Part shown: positions 6,219 through 14,328 of the stretch, piece by piece
How positions within the stretch are numbered: the first letter of the stretch is position 1
Layout: each line of letters begins with the position of its first letter
IMG/VR virus record: IMGVR_UViG_3300011737_000031
Coordinates: 1-26,231 of that record
DNA: 26,231 nucleotides
Direction: 5' to 3' (one strand)
DNA from: a virus
Position numbers and translations under genes: made by a program
The notes under the pieces: generated by a model
Databases searched by the model: none
Seen by the model: only the letters and a program-made list of their open reading frames with translations
What the model was told of the DNA's origin: nothing

Positions 6219-8197
6219 TTAGAAGTTTAAACATCGATATTGAGACTTATTCATCGGTGGATATTAAGAAGTCTGGGCTGTACAAATACGTACAGTCTCC
6301 GGACTTTCAGATACTACTTTTCGCTTATTCCGTTAATGGCCAACCGACAAAGATTGTGGATTTGGCTACAGGGGAGCGCATTCCTTTTGAGATTCATCAA
6401 GCTTTAATGGATCCAATGGTAACAAAGCACGCATATAATGCTGCTTTTGAGTGGTATTGTCTTTCCAAGTTTTTGAGATTACCTGTTCCAGCTAATTGGT
6501 TGAAAGAATGGCGCTGTACGATGTTTCACGGTTTGTATTGCGGATTTACTGCAGGTCTTGGTCCAACAGCAAAAGCTATGGGGCTTCCACAAGATAAACG
6601 CAAAATGAGTGTTGGTACTTCTTTAATTAAATTATTTTGTACTCCTACGAAGCCATCTAAGAAGAATGGAAATCGTACAAGAACCCTGCCACACCACGAG
6701 CCAGAAAAGTGGGAACTATTTAAAGATTATTGTGTTCAGGACGTTGAGGTAGAAAAGGAAATCGAAAGTAGATTATCCAGTTTTCCTATACCTGCGGCTG
6801 AACAAAAGCTTTGGGAATTAGATCAACAGATTAACGCTTTTGGTGTTCGTGTAGATCAACAGCTAATCGATGGAGCTTTGTATATAGATGATTTAGCAAC
6901 TGCAACGCTTACGGAAGAAGCTATAAAAATTACTGGGTTAGCTAATCCAAATAGTTCTCAACAGCTGACAAAATGGCTAGCTGATAAAGGATTAGAAGTA
7001 GAGAATTTGCAGAAGGATACTGTTACTAACCTCCTTGATTCTACAGAAGGAGAAGTCAAAAGAATGCTAGAGATTCGCCAGGAGCTTTCTAAAACGAGTA
7101 CAAAAAAATATGTGGCCATGGAATCAGCAGTTTGCGATGACGGGAGGGTACGAGGTTTACTGCAGTTTTACGGAGCTAATAGAACCGGCAGATGGGCGGG
7201 CAGATTGGTTCAAGTGCAGAACCTTCCGCGTAACTATCTCGAGACTCTAGGGCACGCCAGAGATTGTGTTAAAGAGAAGAAAATAGATGCTTTGAAATTT
7301 GTTTATGGGAATATCCCTAATACTCTTTCTGAATTAATTAGGACTGCGTTTATACCGAGCGAGGGAAACGTTCTATTGATATCTGACTTCTCTGCAATTG
7401 AAGCAAGGGTTATAGCATGGCTAGCTGGAGAACAGTGGCGGTTAGACGTATTTAATACGCACGGAAAAATATACGAGGCTTCGGCTTCTCAAATGTTTGG
7501 AGTGCCTTTAGAAAGAATAAAGAAAGGAAATCCTGAATACGATCTTCGCCAAAGAGGAAAAGTCGCTGAACTGGCATTAGGATATCAGGGCGGTCCATTT
7601 GCTCTCGAGTCTATGGATAGAGATAAGGTTTTAAATCCCTCTGAGTTACCGGATATCGTAAGACGCTGGAGATCCTCCAGTAAGAGAATTGTGGACTTAT
7701 GGTATTCACTAGAGAATGCAGCACTTTCTGTTATGAGAACAGGGCAACCTGCAGGTGTTCGGGGATTAATTTTAGCTCGAGAGAGTGATATTCGAAATGG
7801 GTTAGACTTTTTAACTATTACTCTCCCAAGTGGACGAAAGCTATTTTATGTTAAGCCGTTTCTATCAGAAAATGATTTTGGGAAGGAAGCGCTTCATTAC
7901 TTTGGTCTTAATCAGACTACAAAGAAATGGGAGAAACAATCCACTTACGGCGGTAAATTAGTCGAGAACTGTGTACAAGCAATTGCTCGAGACTGCTTAG
8001 CAGTAACACTGAAACGATTAGCTGTATTGGGATATCAAACTGTCATGCACATTCATGATGAAGTGGTGCTAGACGTGCCAAATAATCAAGCAGACTTGGA
8101 TATGGTCGCTTCAATAATGGGGACTCCAATTGGATGGGCTCCTGGATTACCGCTAACTGCAGATGGTTTTCTATCTGAATATTACAAAAAAGATTGA
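6215..8197 (+). CDS. Family A DNA polymerase with an N-terminal 3'-5' exonuclease domain
   Basis: Exo I DIETYS; motif A LISDFSAIEARV; motif B RQRGKVAELALGYQGG; motif C HIHDEVV. Its ATG overlaps the upstream stop (ATGA). Confidence 0.93.
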   Translation: MIRSLNIDIETYSSVDIKKSGLYKYVQSPDFQILLFAYSVNGQPTKIVDLATGERIPFEIHQALMDPMVTKHAYNAAFEWYCLSKFLRLPVPANWLKEWRCTMFHGLYCGFTAGLGPTAKAMGLPQDKRKMSVGTSLIKLFCTPTKPSKKNGNRTRTLPHHEPEKWELFKDYCVQDVEVEKEIESRLSSFPIPAAEQKLWELDQQINAFGVRVDQQLIDGALYIDDLATATLTEEAIKITGLANPNSSQQLTKWLADKGLEVENLQKDTVTNLLDSTEGEVKRMLEIRQELSKTSTKKYVAMESAVCDDGRVRGLLQFYGANRTGRWAGRLVQVQNLPRNYLETLGHARDCVKEKKIDALKFVYGNIPNTLSELIRTAFIPSEGNVLLISDFSAIEARVIAWLAGEQWRLDVFNTHGKIYEASASQMFGVPLERIKKGNPEYDLRQRGKVAELALGYQGGPFALESMDRDKVLNPSELPDIVRRWRSSSKRIVDLWYSLENAALSVMRTGQPAGVRGLILARESDIRNGLDFLTITLPSGRKLFYVKPFLSENDFGKEALHYFGLNQTTKKWEKQSTYGGKLVENCVQAIARDCLAVTLKRLAVLGYQTVMHIHDEVVLDVPNNQADLDMVASIMGTPIGWAPGLPLTADGFLSEYYKKD

Positions 8198-8206
8198 GGT
8201 GTAAAT

Positions 8207-8626
8207 GTGCTAGAGTTGAAGAATTTTAATGGTGAAGCTTTAAAAGCCGAGATGAAGAAAGCAAAGGCTACGAAAACGATGCTTCCTAAAAGTGTAGATG
8301 CTGTATATGGAAAACTTAAAAATCTAAGTAATTTGGCAGAAAAGCATCGTCAAAATAATAAGTTACGGTTCATGTATTCATCTAAAGAAACTACGCCCGT
8401 TAAGGTTGGGGAAATAACAATCAACTACAAAATTTATAAAAAGCTCATTTCAAAGTTAAAAGGATTTGAAATTTCTACGGAGATTAAAAATAACGTTTTG
8501 GTTGTTCAGTACGAGAAAATTGATTCTAAGGTAAAAGGGCGCGCATTCCTTGATGATATCTCTCATTATTTTAAAGACTTTAAACATGTCCCTGTGGCGG
8601 AATTAAGAAATGGCCAGCAAACGTAA
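8207..8626 (+). CDS. Hypothetical protein (139 aa)
   Basis: Track ORF. GTG start lies 5 nt after TGAGGTG. No domain recognised. Confidence 0.6.
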   Translation: MLELKNFNGEALKAEMKKAKATKTMLPKSVDAVYGKLKNLSNLAEKHRQNNKLRFMYSSKETTPVKVGEITINYKIYKKLISKLKGFEISTEIKNNVLVVQYEKIDSKVKGRAFLDDISHYFKDFKHVPVAELRNGQQT

Positions 8627-8753
8627 ACGCCAGGCAAGATGGTACCTGTTATTCAGAATGGAAGATGGCCAAAAAGTATATATCTATGAACCTTTGAAAA
8701 AAGGGGAATTGAATTCTCGTCTCCGTAAAGGTTGGAAATGGGTGAGAATGTGA
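8610..8753 (+). CDS. Possible small basic protein (47 aa, MASKRKRQARWYLLF...)
   Basis: This ORF fills the gap between 8626 and 8753. Its stop overlaps the next ATG (TGATG). The SD is weak, so confidence is low. Confidence 0.3.
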   Translation: MASKRKRQARWYLLFRMEDGQKVYIYEPLKKGELNSRLRKGWKWVRM

Positions 8754-9511
8754 TGGATAAACAGCAAAAGAAAGCAGCCAGGATAAAAATAGGACTACTA
8801 TTGGATGATCATTGCGATAAGTGCCCCAAGAAAATATCTTCTCAAACCAGTCCGAATCAACGTGAAAAAATATGTAAAGGATGTCCTGTTTTTGATGAGT
8901 TGCAGTATTTAGGAAAAGTCATCGATCAACAAACTACCGATAAGAAAGAAGGGAAATTAATGCCTGTTGAATCTGCGTTTTTTATGCCATTTGATGAGTA
9001 TTTCAAACTTAAGGATCTCGGAATGATGGATAAAGATATTGCATCTCGGAAGGGTGTACCTAAAAGCACTTTTGCAAATTGGAAATTTAAAAATCGTGAG
9101 AGATTAAACGAATTAAAGAAAAAACGTGATCAGAAAAATACCGTATCGGAAGAAAAAGTTGAATTGATTACACAATTTGAGCATTCTAAACCAAAAGCGC
9201 CTCCATGTCCACCAATGTCAGATTGGGAACGGAAATATACCCAATTAGAAGTAGACTACAAAGCATTGGTTACTAAAGCCGGAGAAATGGAAAGAGAATT
9301 TAAAAACGAAATTGGTGTTCTGAAGAGAAAGCTAGATGAGGCTGAATTTGTCGATGGGCGTGATGAAATAAATTCATTAAAATCAAACGAATCGATTCTT
9401 CATCATGAGATATGTGTTCAGCGTGAATATATTAGCTGTCTGGAAAATGACTTATCGGCGCTTCAGGCAGAAGCAAAAGCGATGAGAGACCTACTCCGAA
9501 TTAAATTGTAA
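8753..9511 (+). CDS. Zn-finger / HTH-like / coiled-coil protein (function unknown)
   Basis: CDKCPKK...CKGCPVFDEL Cys4 motif. HTH-like segment DIASRKGVPKSTFANWKFKN. The C-terminal ~100 aa have heptad-like, charged, coiled-coil character. The ATG at 8753 is preferred over the track TTG at 8732. Confidence 0.6.
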   Translation: MDKQQKKAARIKIGLLLDDHCDKCPKKISSQTSPNQREKICKGCPVFDELQYLGKVIDQQTTDKKEGKLMPVESAFFMPFDEYFKLKDLGMMDKDIASRKGVPKSTFANWKFKNRERLNELKKKRDQKNTVSEEKVELITQFEHSKPKAPPCPPMSDWERKYTQLEVDYKALVTKAGEMEREFKNEIGVLKRKLDEAEFVDGRDEINSLKSNESILHHEICVQREYISCLENDLSALQAEAKAMRDLLRIKL

Positions 9512-9550
9512 ATAATTATTACGAAGGAGTGGACGAATGCAGTGGAGAAA

Positions 9551-9691
9551 ATGAGATTTCATTGGGAAGACGTAACTGGAAATAAAGGTTCTTTCACAGT
9601 AGAAGCTTCGACTGTTGAAGCGTGCATCAAATCTGCCGAAAACGAAACTCGTGGAGAAGGTGTATGGATTACTGATTACTATTCTATTTAA
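9551..9691 (+). CDS. Small hypothetical protein (46 aa)
   Basis: Open frame between 9511 and 9732. Its ATG overlaps the stop of a 5-codon mini-ORF that has a strong SD. An in-frame GTG at 9542 is an alternative start. Confidence 0.4.
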   Translation: MRFHWEDVTGNKGSFTVEASTVEACIKSAENETRGEGVWITDYYSI

Positions 9692-9731
9692 TATACAGTT
9701 CAAAACTTATCCGCAGAAAGGAGAATCAAAA

Positions 9732-10016
9732 ATGGGCGATGAAACAAAATTAAAATGGGCTGACAGTTTAAGAGTTGGTATTTTACTAGACATCGATGAC
9801 GAACGTAATCGTCAGAACCTTAAGTGGGGCAGACAACGCCACGATAATGGTAAATGGCTTCAAATATTGGTGGAGGAAGTGGGAGAAGTTGCCCAAGCTA
9901 TGCAAAAAGAAAACGGCTGGGGGAAGGATACCGATGCTTCCGATTTATATACAGAATTGATTCACGTTGCAGCTGTTGCAGTGTCTATTGCAGAGCAGGT
10001 AAGGGAGGAAAAGTAG
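9732..10016 (+). CDS. MazG-like nucleoside triphosphate pyrophosphohydrolase (small all-alpha type)
   Basis: ERNRQNLKWG...WLQILVEEVGEVAQA...LYTELIHVAAVAV matches the MazG EExxE helix pattern. ATG at 9732 lies 8 nt after AAAGGAG. The track's N-terminal extension (9615) overlaps the previous ORF. Confidence 0.6.
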   Translation: MGDETKLKWADSLRVGILLDIDDERNRQNLKWGRQRHDNGKWLQILVEEVGEVAQAMQKENGWGKDTDASDLYTELIHVAAVAVSIAEQVREEK

Positions 10017-10298
10017 TTGGACCAGTTAAAGATTGGCGATTGGGTAAAAGTTAAAGCGATTTTGGGATTGTACTTTTATGGATATGTTACGAGATTATGT
10101 GGAACTTTAGTAGACGTGAAGATTACTAAAGGACTCACATCTAAACTTACTGTCGAACGGAATAAAGTGCAGCCTTGGATAACAGAAGTACAGTCTGTTG
10201 ATTATGATAACTTGATTGATCTTGCCCTTTCAACTCATGATGAAGAATGGTTTAGGGAGCTTACCAGGCAAAAAGAATTATTGGTAAAGGAGGGATAA
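10017..10298 (+). CDS. Hypothetical protein (93 aa)
   Basis: TTG start directly after the upstream stop, preceded by GGGAGGAA. No domain recognised. Confidence 0.6.
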   Translation: MDQLKIGDWVKVKAILGLYFYGYVTRLCGTLVDVKITKGLTSKLTVERNKVQPWITEVQSVDYDNLIDLALSTHDEEWFRELTRQKELLVKEG

Positions 10299-10301
10299 AG
10301 G

Positions 10302-11276
10302 TTGAAGCCGTTAGAGAAGTTGGGGCAGTTACCAGGAATGATAGATGTAAAAAAGCAAGTAGAACAAATAATTCAGTTTAATAGAATTTCTAAATTGCGT
10401 GCAAGTCAAGGTCTTAAAACAGAGAGTCAATCCCTGCACTTAATATTTACCGGCAATCCCGGTACTGGGAAAACAACTGCAGCACGTTTGATTGGCGAGG
10501 CATTTGCTTCCTTAGGGATTCTTAAATCGAATCCGGATCGAAACGATAATTCTTTTAACAATCAAAATAATAATCAGAAGCAAAGACAAAAGAAAGCTCG
10601 TATTCCTTTTGTAGAGATTCATCATGCCGATGTTACCAGTAAATTCGTAGGCGCTGCTGAAAAAACGATATTAGAGAAATTCAAACAGGCTCGTGGAGGA
10701 GTACTTTTTATCGATGAAGCTTATGCTTTTATAGCCGGAGAAACAGAACACAAATCAGGTGAAAAGGTTATTGCAGCCATTGTCCAACAGATGGAAGATA
10801 TGCGCGAAGAAGTAATGGTAATTGCTGCAGGATACGCGAATGAAATGGATAATTTCTTAGATTCTAATCCTGGGTTACGGTCTCGCTTCTCTAATTCTGT
10901 CGCTTTTCCTGATTATTCCGTCCCTGACATGGTTGTGATCGCTCAAAAGATGTTAGATGATAGAGACTATTTTGCTGATAATGATTACCTTAGAGAATTG
11001 GCTAACCGGTTATGGGTGGAAAAAGATAAAAAGGGTTTTGGTAATGCGCGTACAGTAAGGAATATCGTAGAGCAATCTATCCGGATGCAATCGGCAAGGG
11101 TTGCTTATATGGATAACCCTTCTCGTCAAGATTTAATGTTGCTAACAGTATTTGATATAGAAAAAGCTAATGATAAAGCCCTAACTGAAAAAGAAATACT
11201 GTTGAAGTCTTTATCCCAGATACAAGGGAGACTTCTTGAAATTGATTTAATGGAACTATTATCTAAAAGTGGATGA
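10302..11276 (+). CDS. AAA+ ATPase of the SpoVK/CbbX subfamily
   Basis: Walker A GNPGTGKTT and Walker B VLFIDEAY. Subfamily signature VIAAGYANEMDNFLDSNPGLRSRFSNSVAFPDYS. TTG start lies 7 nt after AAAGGAGGG. An N/Q-rich insertion lies between Walker A and B (approx. nt 10524-10601). Confidence 0.87.
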   Translation: MKPLEKLGQLPGMIDVKKQVEQIIQFNRISKLRASQGLKTESQSLHLIFTGNPGTGKTTAARLIGEAFASLGILKSNPDRNDNSFNNQNNNQKQRQKKARIPFVEIHHADVTSKFVGAAEKTILEKFKQARGGVLFIDEAYAFIAGETEHKSGEKVIAAIVQQMEDMREEVMVIAAGYANEMDNFLDSNPGLRSRFSNSVAFPDYSVPDMVVIAQKMLDDRDYFADNDYLRELANRLWVEKDKKGFGNARTVRNIVEQSIRMQSARVAYMDNPSRQDLMLLTVFDIEKANDKALTEKEILLKSLSQIQGRLLEIDLMELLSKSG

Positions 11277-11309
11277 TGAAAAGTTAAAAGTGGAAGGTGG
11301 TGTTACAGC

Positions 11310-13733
11310 ATGATTTATGACAGACAGTTAACGATATCAGCTGCAGGAAGCAGAAAGGCAACCGAGTGGCCATCGCAAACATTATATTGGTCCGAGCTAG
11401 TAGATCGGTTACGTACGGCTGTTAGGGGAACAGAAACCCTAGCCGAATATATGAAGCTCCCTAAGTCTCGTCAAGATGAGCTAAAGGACGTTGGTGGATT
11501 TGTAGCCGGTACCTTAGCAAACAACCGAAGAAAGGCTTCCAATGTAACAGGGAGAGATATCATAACGCTCGACTTGGATAATATTCCTGCAGGTGGAACA
11601 GCAGACGTGCTACGTCGTCTCGAGGCATTAGGGTGCGCCTATGCAACTTACTCCACCAGGAAGCATGAGGAGGGCAAGCCACGTTTACGTGTGCTTGCTC
11701 CTTTAAATCGAACAGCTTCTGCAGATGAGTACGAGCCATTAGCTAGAAAACTATCTTCTATTATTGGTATGAGCTTTGCGGATCCTACCACGTTTGAAGC
11801 TTCTCGGTTGATGTATTGGCCTAGTTGTTCTTCCGATAGTCAGTATGTGTTCCAATATGGTGATAAGCCTTTCCTAGATGCTGATGGTCTATTAAGCCTT
11901 TATAACGATTGGAGAGATATTCAAGAGTGGCCAGAAGTACCTGGAGCTAGTCAATCGCACGTACGAATGGCAGCAAAACAAGGAAACCCTACAGAAAAGC
12001 GCGGTGTTGTTGGAGCTTTCTGCAGACAATACGATATCCACACAGCCATCGAAACTTTTTTACCCGGTGTTTATACGCCAACAGATGACGGTAGCGAGCG
12101 ATATACCTTTATAGGAGGTTCGACGGTTGGTGGAGCTGTTATTTATGATGATGGGTTATTTCTTTACTCTCACCATGCGACAGATCCCTGCAGTGGCCGA
12201 TTAGTAAATGCGTTTGACCTAGTGCGATTGCACAAATACGGAGAATTAGACGATGAAGCAAAGCCGGATACTCCGGTAAACAAATTGCCATCATTTACAA
12301 CAATGGCTGCTTTTGCATTAAATGATGCTGGTGTAGCAGCTATTTTAAACCAGGAACGATATGAAAGAGCTGTAGCCGATTTTGGAGACTCACCGGTGGG
12401 ACAACCAGGATCCCCGGAAGGTGGGGACGATTTAAATTGGATTCAAAAATTAAAAATTAGTCCTTCAACTGGTACCCCTTTAAAGTCTATCGAAAACGCA
12501 TTGGTTGCATTAGAACATGATCCGCGTTTAAAAGGTCGGATTAAGATGGACTCCTTTGCAGATTCTTTAATGGGAGTTGGGCCTTTACCGTGGGTGCCGA
12601 GAGACAAGGAAGAAGTGTTCAGATGGACAGACACAGACGATGCAGGATTGCGGAGTTACCTAGAAAAAATTCTTAATTTCCGCGTGAAAGATATCGTAAA
12701 TGACGCGCTCATTTTGTGTGCTGCAGCTAATCAATTCAATCCAGTTGTGGACTATCTTAATGCGTTACAGTGGGACGGAGTGAAAAGGCTAGATACTTTA
12801 TTTATCGAGTACTTAGGTGCTGCAGATACTCCTTACACAAGAGCAGTGACGAGAAAATCGTTTACGGCAGCCGTTGCAAGAGCGATGAGTCCAGGCATTA
12901 AATACGATACAATGCCGGTTATTACCGGTCCTCAAGGTTTCGGAAAAACAACGCTTATTCAGAAGATGGGTAAGGCTTGGTTTACGAATAGCATTGAGAG
13001 TTTCGAAGGAAAAGAAGCAGCTGAACTGTTACAAGGCGTATGGCTGGTTGAGATCGGTGAAATGAGTGCCTATAACAAGTCAGATGTACAGACTATTAAA
13101 GGGTTCCTCAGTAGAACAGAAGACCAGTATCGTGCTGCCTACGCACGTAAAACAGAGAAGCATCCGAGACGATGTGTATTTTTTGGTACAAGTAATAGAA
13201 GTGATTATTTAAGAGATCCGACAGGTGGTAGACGTTTTTGGCCAATCGATGTTGGTATCCAGCAACCTACTAAACTAGTATTTCGGGATTTAGATGCAGA
13301 AGTGGAGCAGTTATGGGCGGAAGCCGTGATGCATTGGCGATTGGGCGAGTCCCTTTTCTTAACTGGGGAATTGGCAGAAGAAGCAAGACGGCAACAGGAA
13401 GGCCACGCAGAGCAGGATCCACGTGAGAGTCTTATTCGTGATTTTGTGGAAAGAAAAGTACCTGCAGATTGGCAGAAGAAAGATATTGCAACTAGAAGAT
13501 TGTACTGGTCCGGAGAGTTTGGAAGGGCAGAAACAGATACAGAAGAAAGGGATCGTATTTGTGCTGCCGAGGTTTGGGTGGAATGTCTAGGAGGCGATAT
13601 CCGGAATATGAGAAGGATGGATACAATCGCCATCAATGATGTTTTAGAACAAATTGAGGGATGGAAAAAGCAGAAGAACCCACATCGGTACGGTCCCTAT
13701 GGGAAGGTAAAAGGCGGATATATAAGGGTTTAG
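11310..13733 (+). CDS. Bifunctional primase-polymerase / VirE-family (P4-like) helicase
   Basis: 807 aa. N-terminal prim-pol-like region with ITLDLDN. C-terminal VirE-type P-loop ITGPQGFGKTT followed by WLVEIGE. This is the usual partner of the DUF2800/DUF2815/PolA module. Confidence 0.88.
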   Translation: MIYDRQLTISAAGSRKATEWPSQTLYWSELVDRLRTAVRGTETLAEYMKLPKSRQDELKDVGGFVAGTLANNRRKASNVTGRDIITLDLDNIPAGGTADVLRRLEALGCAYATYSTRKHEEGKPRLRVLAPLNRTASADEYEPLARKLSSIIGMSFADPTTFEASRLMYWPSCSSDSQYVFQYGDKPFLDADGLLSLYNDWRDIQEWPEVPGASQSHVRMAAKQGNPTEKRGVVGAFCRQYDIHTAIETFLPGVYTPTDDGSERYTFIGGSTVGGAVIYDDGLFLYSHHATDPCSGRLVNAFDLVRLHKYGELDDEAKPDTPVNKLPSFTTMAAFALNDAGVAAILNQERYERAVADFGDSPVGQPGSPEGGDDLNWIQKLKISPSTGTPLKSIENALVALEHDPRLKGRIKMDSFADSLMGVGPLPWVPRDKEEVFRWTDTDDAGLRSYLEKILNFRVKDIVNDALILCAAANQFNPVVDYLNALQWDGVKRLDTLFIEYLGAADTPYTRAVTRKSFTAAVARAMSPGIKYDTMPVITGPQGFGKTTLIQKMGKAWFTNSIESFEGKEAAELLQGVWLVEIGEMSAYNKSDVQTIKGFLSRTEDQYRAAYARKTEKHPRRCVFFGTSNRSDYLRDPTGGRRFWPIDVGIQQPTKLVFRDLDAEVEQLWAEAVMHWRLGESLFLTGELAEEARRQQEGHAEQDPRESLIRDFVERKVPADWQKKDIATRRLYWSGEFGRAETDTEERDRICAAEVWVECLGGDIRNMRRMDTIAINDVLEQIEGWKKQKNPHRYGPYGKVKGGYIRV

Positions 13734-13738
13734 AAAGT

Positions 13739-13898
13739 GTCTACTTTCATGTCTACTTTGTACTGATTTTGTCTACCTTGAAAAATTTGTAAATGTCTAC
13801 CTTGTCTACCTTGAAAAATAGAAAGTAGACGAGAAAGTAGACAGGGTAAACCCTTGATATATCTATACTTATATTACTTTGTCTACCTTGTCTACTTT
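13739..13898. repeat. Iteron array: nine copies of GTCTACYTT (7 direct, 2 inverted); candidate phage replication origin
   Basis: Direct copies at 13739, 13751, 13771, 13795, 13804, 13881 and 13890. Inverted copies (AAAGTAGAC) at 13822 and 13834. The 16-mer GTCTACCTTGAAAAAT occurs twice (13771 and 13804). A very AT-rich tract follows at 13899-13935. Confidence 0.8.
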
Positions 13899-14025
13899 AA
13901 ATCTATATAAATATAAAAATAAAGGAAATAGAGAGATTAGGCGTATATAGCGTATGCCTAAACCGCCTGTTTTTATTTCATATACGTGTATGTGAAAGAA
14001 AGTATACACATTAGTTTTTGGAGGT

Positions 14026-14328
14026 TTGAAAATGCGAGAAAAAGATATCGAGGAATACTTAAGAAAACAAGTAAAGAAAATAAAAGGCATTGCTTATAAA
14101 TTTGAATCGCCAGGAAACATTGGTGTGCCTGACAGATTAGTTCTTCTGCCAGGCGGACGAATATTCTTCATCGAATTAAAAGCACCAGGGAAAAAGCCTA
14201 GACCTAATCAAGTGCACCAGCAAAGAAAAATTGCAGAGCTAGGAAACGAAGTTTTAGTGATTGATAGTTTTCTAGGAGTGGATTTATTCATAGCAAGAGT
14301 TACAGGGAAAGCGAGTGGTGACCAGTGA
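14026..14328 (+). CDS. VRR-NUC domain nuclease
   Basis: GVPDRLVLLPGGRIFFIELKAPGKKPRPNQ shows the D...ExK PD-(D/E)XK core typical of VRR-NUC. SD GGAGG lies upstream. It is paired with an SNF2 helicase, as in many phages. Confidence 0.87.
   Translation: MKMREKDIEEYLRKQVKKIKGIAYKFESPGNIGVPDRLVLLPGGRIFFIELKAPGKKPRPNQVHQQRKIAELGNEVLVIDSFLGVDLFIARVTGKASGDQ

Noticed and set aside
5944-6222. Alternative-frame ORFs (5980..6222 +, 5944..6156 -, 5976..6179 -) across the Q/P repeat
   Set aside because: They are by-products of the CAA/CAG/CCA-rich repeat, which leaves several frames open. The DUF2815 frame is the one continuous with a recognisable domain.
6215-10016. PolA plus a MazG-like gene as a hint of a 2-aminoadenine (Z-genome) cluster
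   Set aside because: No PurZ-like adenylosuccinate-synthetase homologue or HD-type dATPase is present in the window. The MazG-like gene alone is insufficient.
13739-13898. Could the short repeat cluster be a CRISPR array?
   Set aside because: The repeats are only 9 bp, have mixed orientation and are separated by irregular spacers of 0-38 bp. There are no cas genes. The pattern fits iterons, not CRISPR.
13939-13980. Possible terminator AGGCG...CGCCT followed by GTTTTTATTT after the iteron region
   Set aside because: The stem is only 5 bp with a loop of about 20 nt, which is too weak to call. It may simply be part of the origin-proximal region.
13869-14090. 73-aa - strand ORF over the iteron/AT-rich region
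   Set aside because: It runs through the repeat array and overlaps the VRR-NUC start and its SD. It has a low-complexity F/I/K-rich product and no SD. The region is better explained as non-coding origin-like DNA.
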